From contig JAEHCO010000001.1 of the NCBI GenBank assembly GCA_020697715.1, positions 892,490 through 956,489 on the forward strand: a DNA stretch of 64,000 nucleotides. The letters run 5' to 3'. Within the stretch, counting starts at the first letter, position 1; every line of letters starts with the position of its first letter. The notes beneath the pieces are model-generated. The model was not told the DNA's origin. It worked only from the letters and a program-made list of their open reading frames with translations, and did not search any database. Shown here piece after piece: positions 23,701 to 33,313 of the stretch. The DNA comes from Methanobacteriota archaeon. Its GTDB lineage: Archaea; Thermoplasmatota; Thermoplasmata; SG8-5; JAGLSY01. Position numbers and translations under genes: made by a program.

Positions 23701-26700
23701 GGTGCGTCTGCGTAGTGTACCTTGACATATCCACTTCTAGTATCTGCCAGGCTACCGCCGTATCCATCCGGATTCCAGGCAGTGTATGCGATAGCGAGCC
23801 TGCCTTCATATACACCTGTTGTTGCCCTTGTTATTCCTACAAAACCTGGACCCCATGAATCCTCAGATATTGGTATTGGATTACTCCATGTCACACCAGC
23901 ATCATCGGATATGGTGAAGTACACCTTGTCACCGAACTGCCCGTCCTGAATGTAAGCACATGCGACATAATCATTGCCGCCTGATTCCCAGGAGACGAAT
24001 GAAGGAGCTTCCTCGTGCATTGGTGAATCAGCTATCTTCCAGGTATTCGGTGTCTCGGCTGTGACAACATCCACCTGGAACTTGATACTGGACTGTGCGA
24101 TAGGCGCTGAAACATCATTGTCTGAGATCGCTTGTATCTCTATGGTATAAGTTCCTTCTGTGACTATTCCACCCACATCGATGATCGCATATCCCCGAAC
24201 TCTCTCACCTGCATTCACAGAAACAGGTGAAGATGGGATGAAGGATACTACGAAGAAGGGTGGAATTGTGGGTGTACTCATGGTGTACTGGTCATCGGTT
24301 GCTCCGCCATTGTTTATCCAATATGGCACAATGACACTCCCGCCTGGAGCTGCTTTGAATATGCCTTCACCAAAGTCATCCCTTTCCTGAATTATCCTTG
24401 GGGTGTCCAGGGTCATACTGACCTTGTAGGTGTTGTCAGGTGCATTGACATCCGATGCAGGGTCCATGCCGCCTGTAACGGCAATATCGAATGGGTAAGC
24501 GCTGCCTGATTCCCAATACACCCGGATATCCCAGGTTCCGGCCATTGGTCTTTCTATCCTGATGACCTCGACATTGTTTATGTCATCTCCACCATTGTTA
24601 TTGGTATCAAAATCATAATCATCTTCATCTATCCAGCTGGGGAAAGAGGCATTTGCCCAATCTGCAGGTACTGAAATTGGTGTTGACCAGGCCTCTGAAA
24701 ATGCATTACCTTCATACCTGGTGCCATCTGGTGCAATGGCAACAAGGTTGTAATTGGTCGAAAGCACTCCTGTCCCGACCGAATCCCAATGGGACATCGT
24801 GATCTTCAGTGGAATTGATTCATCTATCACAGTGAGGTCCATCTGTGTCGACGCATCCCAGTTACCTGATGATATTCCGTCATGATGATACCACTGGAGG
24901 GTGTTTGGAGCTGGTGGGCAGATGGAGTTCCGAACATTCACCCTGCCCCATCCCTGGGCATAACTTGGATATCCATATCCGATATCCACTGCACCATGTA
25001 TAAGTAAATTCTTAATGACATTGGCATGAGGACTGGCAAAACCTTGAACATCTTCCAGATAGTCCCGGATAAGAGCGGCATCGCCCGCGGTCGCGGCCAC
25101 AGCCACGGAGGTACCTTCCATAGTTGTGTAATCCCCTAATCCATCGCCGTCCTCATCTATCAAACCCAAGTCATCATAAAGACCTGGAAGTTCCCATTCA
25201 CTAACATCATCAGATCTGACAGAGTAAACACCTGAGCCTGTTTCTACGATATCTGGTTTCACTCTTAGATCAGTACCGGATACCGGGCCCCTGCTACTGT
25301 CCTCCCAAACCTGATTGGGGTCATCGCTGTTGTCAAATTGTGTCGGCCTAAGATTTTCACTAGCTCCTATACCCAGAACCAATTTTCCTGTTGCCATTCC
25401 GCCGATCGAACTGGCTTTTGGCCCTTCACTGCCAGCAGGGAAGATCATCAATGCTCCAGGGTTTGCCGCCATGAACGTATCTCCTGTTGAGTCATATCCA
25501 ACAAAGGGACCTGATCCCCAGCTATTGCTGAATATCCTGGCTCCATAGGTGTAACCAGCTGACCACTCTGTTGAGACCAGGCCAGCTCTGAAGTAGATTG
25601 TTGCTTCAGGTGCTCTGCCAGCGAATCCAGCTCTGTCTGGTCTTCCTCTAGGATTTGAGCTTGCTAATTCATTGTAAACTCTATCTGAAGAACTTAGTCC
25701 GAGATAATCCTCCATCGACCCGCCATTGCCAGCAGCTACTCCGGTCATGAAAGTACCGTGAAAGCCTGGGTCAGATGTCGAGTCTGGGTTCACAAGCCTG
25801 TTACCCCAAGGTCCTTGAGTGAAATCCTTGTGTGTTGCGTCAATTCCAGTATCCTGAACATGGATGATCTGACCTTGACCCATTATGTCCTGAGGCAGAT
25901 TGGAAACATCCTGATCCCACAGGTCCCAGGCATTTGATATTCGACCGCCCACATTGCCCATTGGTTTCATTTCAGGAACATGATCTATCGAGGATATCGA
26001 ATCAAGCTTGGCCACATTGACAAGCTTGTCTGAGTCTATCCGGCAAATGACACTGCCATATCCGCTGTCTTCTATTTCCGAGGCTCCCAAACCTTTCAAT
26101 CTATATTCAATTTCAGAGATCTCTGAATCTGGAAATGCATAGGCCTCTATTTTCACCAGGCCGGTCATATCCTTGAGAATATCCCGAACCTTGAACTCTG
26201 ATTCATATGGCCCTATCCATTGGACATGGTCCAATTTTTGCACCATAGACTGTTGTTCTGGTGTCAGCCTTGCAACCACCATGTCATTGCCTATTTGCCT
26301 CAATATGCGGCCAGAAATGCTTTCGATCTCACCAAGCCAGTCATCTGAAAAAGGAATTATGAACTTTATCATGTAAGCATTTGATACTGGGTTCTTCCAT
26401 TCAGGTCTTGCATCATATCCCTCTTTGATATTGAAGGATATGCCTTGCTCCATCAGCATGATCTGATGGTTCTCAGGAACTGGGTCAACCTGCATGATAT
26501 TGGTCAGCTTTCCTTTCTGGCTTGCTGTGACCCAGGCATATGAACCAAATTCACCTTCTCTGAATATATCCGCACCCTGATCTTTTGCGATATTTTTATA
26601 ATCTGCCACATCAGAGCTCAGGAACACCATCTCTCTTGCCATATCTGATGTTCTATCTGAATATCCAGTACTTGGTACTGCCATTACAGGTACCAACATC

Positions 26701-26759
26701 GCTATGGCTAATAAAATCGAAAAAACAATGCCCACTCTCTCTGTGTGATATTTCCCCAC
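20778..26759 (-). CDS. Secreted S8 serine peptidase with BNR/Asp-box propeller region (array gene 4)
   Basis: Triad VQDTG / FHGTFMTG / EGTSVA; Asp-boxes SDDAGVTWS, SSDGGATWS and TDDGGDSF; FN3-like domain; shared C-terminal domain. Confidence 0.85.
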   Translation of the reverse strand: MGKYHTERVGIVFSILLAIAMLVPVMAVPSTGYSDRTSDMAREMVFLSSDVADYKNIAKDQGADIFREGEFGSYAWVTASQKGKLTNIMQVDPVPENHQIMLMEQGISFNIKEGYDARPEWKNPVSNAYMIKFIIPFSDDWLGEIESISGRILRQIGNDMVVARLTPEQQSMVQKLDHVQWIGPYESEFKVRDILKDMTGLVKIEAYAFPDSEISEIEYRLKGLGASEIEDSGYGSVICRIDSDKLVNVAKLDSISSIDHVPEMKPMGNVGGRISNAWDLWDQDVSNLPQDIMGQGQIIHVQDTGIDATHKDFTQGPWGNRLVNPDSTSDPGFHGTFMTGVAAGNGGSMEDYLGLSSSDRVYNELASSNPRGRPDRAGFAGRAPEATIYFRAGLVSTEWSAGYTYGARIFSNSWGSGPFVGYDSTGDTFMAANPGALMIFPAGSEGPKASSIGGMATGKLVLGIGASENLRPTQFDNSDDPNQVWEDSSRGPVSGTDLRVKPDIVETGSGVYSVRSDDVSEWELPGLYDDLGLIDEDGDGLGDYTTMEGTSVAVAATAGDAALIRDYLEDVQGFASPHANVIKNLLIHGAVDIGYGYPSYAQGWGRVNVRNSICPPAPNTLQWYHHDGISSGNWDASTQMDLTVIDESIPLKITMSHWDSVGTGVLSTNYNLVAIAPDGTRYEGNAFSEAWSTPISVPADWANASFPSWIDEDDYDFDTNNNGGDDINNVEVIRIERPMAGTWDIRVYWESGSAYPFDIAVTGGMDPASDVNAPDNTYKVSMTLDTPRIIQERDDFGEGIFKAAPGGSVIVPYWINNGGATDDQYTMSTPTIPPFFVVSFIPSSPVSVNAGERVRGYAIIDVGGIVTEGTYTIEIQAISDNDVSAPIAQSSIKFQVDVVTAETPNTWKIADSPMHEEAPSFVSWESGGNDYVACAYIQDGQFGDKVYFTISDDAGVTWSNPIPISEDSWGPGFVGITRATTGVYEGRLAIAYTAWNPDGYGGSLADTRSGYVKVHYADAPYTTWTLSNAFIEGEGVVSAGRDTYRTTNIVWYPNGDQFYLIVEDFGYSSTDIGTASLVSISAIGKSSSDGGATWSALTRIDPGVVGMYYFFPHAYTDHLGNIALWYYERDSGEAAQDRDATFQYYTGSWSSMKTALNSPDNLMFPQGVSANQGVNGNRNYGAYLKGANTDGDRSVIVMWTDDGGDSFDNNANLGYGPYGPVASDHDYGSRFLLDMDYTVDDYMYVFMHRNARYDPYGQTNLLMFYDDDYTGGVATKVQYLTLDSYTKGKQRSASWENSNTVLIAQNQFVKEGGQDIVAMHVYNGWDTEPDILGPITEQAFTDKVFCSPGEIVMVMANVQDWQTGGNNIAAVQYKTDVNPIPVSMTPADGLFSSPAEAAVSGAHIDTTGWVGGWHKIWVQGQDDQGNWGDWTETEILIDAPRRPDEPTNPDPYDGELDVPVSKAFSVDVSDYESDPMNIVFYWSPSDTPFASVVGVASGATATTSAIALLSETTYNWYAIATDATGSTQSDTWTFTTIDTTPPVPVTGLTVEYDGPAGSSTVEQRYLTTTAVNVNGLAADSLDLTQSITATNTGNMGNRVPVYAGIRVWQRSSAGVETEITSGTAVGIASRLVQSEGINTATWTPPVTPLDAGDSIVVRLYVSTSSPPTTLRETFTTNVLGATQLDASAWTCSYYLKVAGLAQVGSMAEWGSAARNTNIAGFSWTVDGDPTDHNTVSWTESVSPDVEQYNIYRSDTAIGPWTLMDTVPSGTTSWVDMGAGMADATLWWYIVRAEDFSSNEDTNTNSVPEFSPQPPYYDIDTSAASPGDWIFVSFPITASGDVLTVFDDANWGNGDTEWEVIVWYDPTDADHWKTYDKAQATAGIAQDLPDVNNTMGMWVKLSLAGTELTVGEGFIPISTTNFDLQTGWNLIGYPAQDDSIYDVLDLKTATGATKVEGYGPGPYNIITLDDNYVLQRGEAYWVYVSSDITWTVDW

Positions 26760-26859
26760 TTATCTCTCTCCTTCATTGAATTATATGTATATGGTATTCA
26801 TTTCTATTTATACCTACGGTTAATGATGGTTTAGTAAAAAGATAATATAAATTGAAAAT

Positions 26860-26884
26860 ATGAGAGAGTCGAAAGTCCTCTCAT
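26860..26884 (-). terminator. Hairpin terminator after array gene 5
   Basis: ATGAGAGAGTCGAAAGTCCTCTCAT, an imperfect member of the same hairpin family. Confidence 0.65.
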
Positions 26885-26905
26885 TCATATTTCGCTATGG
26901 CAGTT

Positions 26906-28702
26906 CTAAGGTATTATCCAGGTATAGACTCCAGTCGAGTACACCCAGTAAGCTTGTCCTATCTGGAATTCATCTACGTCGGGCATTATCTCCATATGGT
27001 ATGCCGCAGCATCATTGAACCTCTCAACAGATGTCACCAAACCACCAGAATCCGCTTTCAGGTCGCCAGCAGTGTAACCTTCTGTCTGTGATGGGAAGCC
27101 CACCATATTCCATCCAGCCTGCAGCTGGATGCTGGTTCCTGATGGTTCAAATCCTTCTCCGACTGTCAGGAATGGATCATCAGCTCCACCACCCGCATTA
27201 ATAATTCGTACCCATAGCCCCATCTTATTGTCCACGTTTGGCATATCCTGGGGTATGCCAGCAGTTGCTTGGGCTATGCTATAGGATTTCCAATGGTCGA
27301 TCGGATCAGTTGGATCATACCAATGGATCATGTTCCATGTGGTTCCTCCATCACCCCATGCTGCGTCATCTATGACCGTCAGTACATCCCCTGTGATATC
27401 TGTCGGGAATGAGACAAAGACCCATTGCTTGTCAGAAGCTCCTATCAGATCGATATCATATACATGTGCCGTAGCATATATGATGGTCACATCTGGTGTT
27501 CCAGGTGCTGCCTCGGTCTGTGGTGAATTATCTGATGCCATGGTGTATATATCATATGTTCCTGGGCCATCCGGGAAGTCAAAGCTCCAGGAACCACTGG
27601 CCACGGTTCCCGCTATCATAGCTGGATCATTTGCATCTTCCCATGATGCATAGCCACTGCCATCGAATTGATAGAATAATTCGATCTGTGTCAGATATAT
27701 ATCGTCTGTTGCTGACCAGTCGATCATAACTGTATTGGCGGATGTTGGGGATGCTCCAGTGTAGGATGCTGATGAAACAGGTGCTGAATCAGGTATATAT
27801 ATTGGCTCTGGCACAGAATTGGTGTTCGCATCTTCGTTTCCAATAATATCCTCCGCTCTTACCACGTACCACCACTGAATTCCGTCTGGAATTCCCATGA
27901 AAAAGTCTGTGTATGTATCTGTACCTGCTGGAACACTGTCTATCAGGGAACCAGCATCCCATGGGCCGTCGGGGTCAATAGATCTGTAAATATTGTATTG
28001 AAGTATATTATCTGCTCCAGCTCCATCGTCTCCGTCCAAGGTCCAATTAAGTGTATTATGGTCGGTTGGGACATTGGGGTTTCCACCAAGTATGTACATA
28101 TGATCTATGAGTATACTGTCAGCCCAGGTCTTATCGGTCCCATCTACTACTGTATCAATGAAGGTTACATCGACGATATCCCCTGGCGCGACTCCTGTAA
28201 GCAATGCCGATGTGTAGGCATCTGTGTCCGATGGCATGGTCACAGAACCTGCACTTTCTATCGCTCCTCCATTAACTGAATATGATATCGCCATCTCTTC
28301 AGATGATGTGTAGGCATCCAGGTATAAAGTGTATGGTCCAGTTCCTGAAGGGTCGATGTTTATTGTATATGTGATATTAAGTCGGTATTTCCGGCCTCCA
28401 CCGCCAGTACGCACTTCATCTGTCCTGTCATGTGTATCATCCTGCGTATTGGTGTTTGTGTGATTGGTAGAAGATTCGCCTGTTGTTATTAATTTTGAAA
28501 CAGTTATGTCTTCTGTATTTGTCACCACACCCCACCACTCGACCGTCAGGTCACTGGCCAATATCATGTCTCCATCTATGGAACTGATATTGGTGATCGG
28601 CCCGCCTACATGATATTCTACTAGGCTCATCGAGTTTGCTGACACCAGCAAACTAATTGATATTACAAATACGAATGTCAAGCCCACAAATTTATTGCCC
28701 AT
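26906..28702 (-). CDS. Secreted non-catalytic protein: signal peptide, FN3-like domain with insert, Ig-like domain and shared C-terminal domain (array gene 5)
   Basis: Start MGNKFVG with GGAG upstream; no S8 motifs; C-terminal half closely similar to array gene 6. Confidence 0.75.
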   Translation of the reverse strand: MGNKFVGLTFVFVISISLLVSANSMSLVEYHVGGPITNISSIDGDMILASDLTVEWWGVVTNTEDITVSKLITTGESSTNHTNTNTQDDTHDRTDEVRTGGGGRKYRLNITYTINIDPSGTGPYTLYLDAYTSSEEMAISYSVNGGAIESAGSVTMPSDTDAYTSALLTGVAPGDIVDVTFIDTVVDGTDKTWADSILIDHMYILGGNPNVPTDHNTLNWTLDGDDGAGADNILQYNIYRSIDPDGPWDAGSLIDSVPAGTDTYTDFFMGIPDGIQWWYVVRAEDIIGNEDANTNSVPEPIYIPDSAPVSSASYTGASPTSANTVMIDWSATDDIYLTQIELFYQFDGSGYASWEDANDPAMIAGTVASGSWSFDFPDGPGTYDIYTMASDNSPQTEAAPGTPDVTIIYATAHVYDIDLIGASDKQWVFVSFPTDITGDVLTVIDDAAWGDGGTTWNMIHWYDPTDPIDHWKSYSIAQATAGIPQDMPNVDNKMGLWVRIINAGGGADDPFLTVGEGFEPSGTSIQLQAGWNMVGFPSQTEGYTAGDLKADSGGLVTSVERFNDAAAYHMEIMPDVDEFQIGQAYWVYSTGVYTWIIP

Positions 28703-28894
28703 TTTCCAACTCCTCATTCATTTATCACTAAATGACGTCCTATATATTTAAAAATGTCCTATATATAAGTATTGAGCAAAACACCGACTTATACACCATC
28801 GCATTAACAATCGATGACCATCCATCTCGGTGCAGATTCACAGATATGGAAAGTTAAATCAGTGTTGTGAAATTATGGATAAAAATTGAAAAAG

Positions 28895-28918
28895 TGAGAG
28901 AGCCCGAAAGCCCTCTCA
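28895..28918 (-). terminator. Hairpin terminator after array gene 6
   Basis: TGAGAGAGCCCGAAAGCCCTCTCA. Confidence 0.7.
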
Positions 28919-28940
28919 TTCATATTTCGTTATGGCAGCC

Positions 28941-31900
28941 CTAAGGTATGTTCCATGCATAAGCTCCAGTCGAGTACACCCAGTAGGCCTGTCCTATCTG
29001 GAATGCATCCCCATTGGGCATGGTCTCGATATTGTAAGCCGCGGCATCATTGAACCTCTCTATCGAGGTCACCATTCCTCCAGTTGCGGCTATCAGATCG
29101 CCCGCGGTGTACCCCTCGGTCTGTGATGGGAAGCCCACCATGTTCCAGCCAGCCACCAGGTTTATTGTGGTTCCAGATGGATCAAATCCTTCTCCAACTG
29201 TCAGGAACACATCATCTGGTGGTCCGCCTGCATTTACCAGGTGCACCCACAATCCCATTGTGTTGTCTAGATTTGGCAGGTCTTGTGTGAGACCAGCCGC
29301 TGCCTGTGCCTTGTCATATGCTTTCCAGTGGTCCGTAGGGTCTGTTGGGTCATACCACATTGTGGCATCCCATGTTGTTCCGCCGTCACCCCATGCTGCG
29401 TCATCGATCAAGGTCAGGACATCCCCTGTTACATCTATTGGGAATGATATGAAGACCCATGAATTATCGCTAGCTCCGGTCAGATCGATGTCGTAGACCT
29501 GGATCGGTATGTATAAGATAGTCACATCTGGAGTTCCAGGTGCGCCCTCGGTCTGTGGGAGATCATCGGTCGCCCTGGTGTAGAAGTCATATGTTCCAGC
29601 ACCATCCGGGAAGTCAAAGCTCCAGGAGCCCGAGTCTGCGGTTCCTGACGCAGTTGCTGGGTTAGTGCCATCGGCCCATGAGGAATAGCCACCACTGTCG
29701 AACTGGTAATATAGTTCGACCTGTGTGAGATCAATGTCATCGGTCGCGGCCCAGTTGATCGTAACTGGATTATTGGGTGTTGGTGATGCTCCAGCATAGG
29801 ATGCTGATGAAACAGGTGCAGAATCAGGTACTGAGCCGGGTTCTGGCACTGCATTTGTGTTTGTATCTTCATTGCCAGCTCCGTCCTCTCCTCTCACGAT
29901 GTACCACCACTGTGTTCCATCTGACATTCCACGGTCAATGTCTATGTAGGTGTCTGTACCGGCTGGCACAGTGTCTATGACTGACCATGGTCCACCAGAA
30001 TTATCAGCTCTATAGATATTGTAACCTACAACATCATCAGCTCCTGCGCCATCATCACCAGACAATGTCCAGTTCACTGCATTGTGATCTGTTGATGTTG
30101 ACATGGCTGACCATGTGAAGCCCTCTATCCTGGTATTAGCTGTAGTAGAGCCCCAGGACACCCTATCCGCATTGTTCCTCTCAGATAGGTAAGAATAGAA
30201 GGTCCAAGTGGCTGCATCCAATTGTGTCGCGCCCAGTACCTCGGTTGTGAAGGTCTCCACCAGAGTGGTGGGTGGACTGGATCCACCACAATACCATTCC
30301 ACCACTATGGAATCTGTGTCTGATACTGTGGTCTGCGGACAATCCCATGTCGCGCTCACTGTTGCAGTCGTGGATGTACTGGCTATGGCAACAGGACTAC
30401 CGCCTGTTATCTCCGTCATTGCGCCTCCACTGGCCCGGGAGTATATCCTAATTCCTGAATAGATCGTACTGGTGCTTGATAATGTCACTGTTTGAGTGGT
30501 CGCACTCTGTGATGTTCCCAGGGAATCACACGTCAATCCATTCACAGTTGCCGAGTCCGATCTCATGAACCGAGTCTCGGTAGATCCCGCTGATGGTGCC
30601 CACCATTCGACAGTAAGTCCGCTGGTGGGAGCCACGCCCGCATCCACAGTTGCTGTATCGGTCACGGTCGCGGGTCCACTCCCATCAAATGCATCATTGT
30701 AGGTCGCGGTTATCAGGTCTCCATGTGATACCTGAAGGATACCGCCTCCATCTGTTTGGGAAAGTGTTAGTGTTCCAACAAAGACACTGGTATCTCCACC
30801 AGTCTCTGTCAAGGTCACACTCTCTCCGCCTGGCTCTGAGGTAGATGTCACGGTTATCGTGGTCGTCTGGACATTCGTATTTGTGTTGAGGTCCGTGTCG
30901 CCAACAGTTATTGTGGCTGTATCCTCTCCAGCATATACATTCTGATCCAGATCGACGGTTCCCTTCTCGGACACATCTTCGCAGTTGTACATGACCAGTG
31001 AGTAATCCTGGTCATTGGATCCGTCATTGTCACAGTCTGCTATTATGTTCGTTCCTATGATACGGACTGTGTACTGGCCAACTTCGAGTTGGCCCGGTGA
31101 GAAGTAAACACACTCGACATTGTTCCTGTCATCGTATCCATCTTGATTGGTGTCGAAGGTGGTGCTTGGGTTGCCAGTGGTGGAATATCCACCACTGAAG
31201 GCATTACCGTGGTATATTGTTCCCAATGGGCTCTCAACTTCCAGATTCACCTGGTTCTGAAGGGTTATAGTTGCACCGCTCTCAGCGTAGGCGTCTGTGT
31301 ATACCAGTGTGATCTTTACAGGCTCTGATGGGTCAACATATGAGAATGTGTAGCTATCTATGTCAATGGGATTATCGGGTATCAGCTCACCTGGATCCTG
31401 AAATATCATGAATGGTGCTGCCTGGTCAATTATTGGCATTATGTTCATTCTTCCCCAGCCTTCATTCTGGTTTGGTATATCCGCTGTGCCGAAATCCTCT
31501 GCTGTGTTGATCATAAGTGCCTTCACGGTTGCTGGTGTGGGTGCCATTCCATATGTGTAATCATACCATTCATAGACCACTGCACCGCCGCCTGCTGCTC
31601 CTGGGCAGGACTGGCTTGTTCCCGTGCACCAGGTATATCGGTCATCTGGTGTATAATCACCAAACAGTCCCTCATTGACCAGGGGGCTGCTGAGCGATAA
31701 AGTGTTCTGTCCAGGTGTTAGGATATCTGGCTTGATCCTGCCATCATCTGTCCATCCTCTTGAACTGCTGGCATACATGAGATCTGGACTAGTTGCATCA
31801 ATGGAGTATGTATTACCATAAGAGTCCGCATCCGGCGCATAGTTCTGTACTCCACCCACTGTTATTATGTTCTTGGCATTTCCTGGGCTTCCAATAGTGT

Positions 31901-33074
31901 TAGTTCCTGAGCCTGAATTTCCAGCTGAAGTGAATACGACCATCTGTTGGTTACCGGCTGTGCCTGGGTCAGCATCCCTCACTGCCTGGTCAAAGGCTGT
32001 ATCCGCGGCCCCATAAGCACCGCCTGATGTGGATCCCCATGAATTGGTATGGATCTGTGCTCCGCCGGTCCATCCCTGATAAATGATATCTTTGTAATCT
32101 GCAGGACCACACCAGGATGCTGAGGATCCCTCGAAGATCTGCTCTACATATATATCTGATTGTGAAGCAAGACCCTGACCCACATAGTAGGCTCCGAATC
32201 CAGCATATGTGACACCATTGCCGTTATAGGTATCACCAGCTGCCAGGCCTATGCAGTGTGTTCCGTGACCGTGTTCGTCCTGCCAGCCACCGGTTCCGAA
32301 ATCATGACCTCCGATAACACGGCCAGTTAGATCATTATGGCCGCCATTTGGGGTAGATCCGTCGCCAAGACCAGTATCTGCGATAGCGATCGTCACACCT
32401 GCACCGTACCAGCCCAGCTGGTTGACATGAGAGCCGTAATCATCTAGGGCTCTGTAAGGCGTGTTCATGTTCGCATCATCATCGTATACCCAGGCTCCGC
32501 CGCCGCCGATTTGGACAGCGATCTCGCTGTGAAGTTCCTCGGGGTAATATGGCTCAATGAAATGAACATCCATGAATGAAGCGATAGAGTTCAGATCATT
32601 CATATTGTTCATCCTGGCCTTCAGGATGTAACCCATATCTGTGTAATCCTCATCAATGACACTAACTAGTCCGGCCAATGAGTCCAGTGTGTCCTCCATG
32701 GTGTCAGAATTGGTAAGTGTGATTATCACGTCATTCCCATTGGCTGCGATATCTGGAGATATTTTGAGTTCCAATGGATATTCCTGTGCATATTCCACAA
32801 AGCTCAGATCCTCGATGGTCTGTAATTCTTTATAGGATAACTTTGCTTCATATCCCTGACCTGGAAGATAGGTTATTATCTCTATCCCTGCCTGATCCAG
32901 TGCATTCTGCCATTCAATAAGAACTGGCTCTTCCATATTGATAATGAAATTCCTCTTTCCCTGAAATGCCTCTGTATCCATATCCAATGTTGCCGCTCCA
33001 GCTGGTAATAGCATAAAAGCCGCTACACATATCGATAATAACACGCCCACATAATTGTTACTAATTTTATTCAT
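28941..33074 (-). CDS. Secreted S8 serine peptidase, multidomain (array gene 6)
   Basis: Start MNKISN with GGAGAGG upstream; triad IADTG / HGHGTHCIG / TGTSQSCP; oxyanion SAGNSG; shared C-terminal domain. Confidence 0.9.
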   Translation of the reverse strand: MNKISNNYVGVLLSICVAAFMLLPAGAATLDMDTEAFQGKRNFIINMEEPVLIEWQNALDQAGIEIITYLPGQGYEAKLSYKELQTIEDLSFVEYAQEYPLELKISPDIAANGNDVIITLTNSDTMEDTLDSLAGLVSVIDEDYTDMGYILKARMNNMNDLNSIASFMDVHFIEPYYPEELHSEIAVQIGGGGAWVYDDDANMNTPYRALDDYGSHVNQLGWYGAGVTIAIADTGLGDGSTPNGGHNDLTGRVIGGHDFGTGGWQDEHGHGTHCIGLAAGDTYNGNGVTYAGFGAYYVGQGLASQSDIYVEQIFEGSSASWCGPADYKDIIYQGWTGGAQIHTNSWGSTSGGAYGAADTAFDQAVRDADPGTAGNQQMVVFTSAGNSGSGTNTIGSPGNAKNIITVGGVQNYAPDADSYGNTYSIDATSPDLMYASSSRGWTDDGRIKPDILTPGQNTLSLSSPLVNEGLFGDYTPDDRYTWCTGTSQSCPGAAGGGAVVYEWYDYTYGMAPTPATVKALMINTAEDFGTADIPNQNEGWGRMNIMPIIDQAAPFMIFQDPGELIPDNPIDIDSYTFSYVDPSEPVKITLVYTDAYAESGATITLQNQVNLEVESPLGTIYHGNAFSGGYSTTGNPSTTFDTNQDGYDDRNNVECVYFSPGQLEVGQYTVRIIGTNIIADCDNDGSNDQDYSLVMYNCEDVSEKGTVDLDQNVYAGEDTATITVGDTDLNTNTNVQTTTITVTSTSEPGGESVTLTETGGDTSVFVGTLTLSQTDGGGILQVSHGDLITATYNDAFDGSGPATVTDTATVDAGVAPTSGLTVEWWAPSAGSTETRFMRSDSATVNGLTCDSLGTSQSATTQTVTLSSTSTIYSGIRIYSRASGGAMTEITGGSPVAIASTSTTATVSATWDCPQTTVSDTDSIVVEWYCGGSSPPTTLVETFTTEVLGATQLDAATWTFYSYLSERNNADRVSWGSTTANTRIEGFTWSAMSTSTDHNAVNWTLSGDDGAGADDVVGYNIYRADNSGGPWSVIDTVPAGTDTYIDIDRGMSDGTQWWYIVRGEDGAGNEDTNTNAVPEPGSVPDSAPVSSASYAGASPTPNNPVTINWAATDDIDLTQVELYYQFDSGGYSSWADGTNPATASGTADSGSWSFDFPDGAGTYDFYTRATDDLPQTEGAPGTPDVTILYIPIQVYDIDLTGASDNSWVFISFPIDVTGDVLTLIDDAAWGDGGTTWDATMWYDPTDPTDHWKAYDKAQAAAGLTQDLPNLDNTMGLWVHLVNAGGPPDDVFLTVGEGFDPSGTTINLVAGWNMVGFPSQTEGYTAGDLIAATGGMVTSIERFNDAAAYNIETMPNGDAFQIGQAYWVYSTGAYAWNIP

Positions 33075-33272
33075 CTTCAAACCTCTCCATTTAACGAATA
33101 AAGTGAATGTTGCCCACATCACTCCAACGATCTTAGTACATTTCCTATATTTTCAGAAATCCACATCGATTTATTTATAGTTAAGCTTTTTGGTATATAG
33201 TATATATAGATATGTAATTTGTATGATAAATAAGATATATTATCAGACGAATAATGTCAAAAATGTAAAAAT

Positions 33273-33296
33273 TGAGAGGGTTGTTAAGCCCTCTCA
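33273..33296 (-). terminator. Hairpin terminator after array gene 7
   Basis: TGAGAGGGTT-GTTA-AGCCCTCTCA. Confidence 0.7.
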
Positions 33297-33313
33297 TTTT
33301 GCTTTGTCAGTCG

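Noticed and set aside
16603-33296. Recurrent TGAGAGAG hairpins as CRISPR repeats or MITEs
   Set aside because: They are spaced by kilobases, sit at a fixed position after stop codons, and have no spacers or target-site duplications; terminators explain them.
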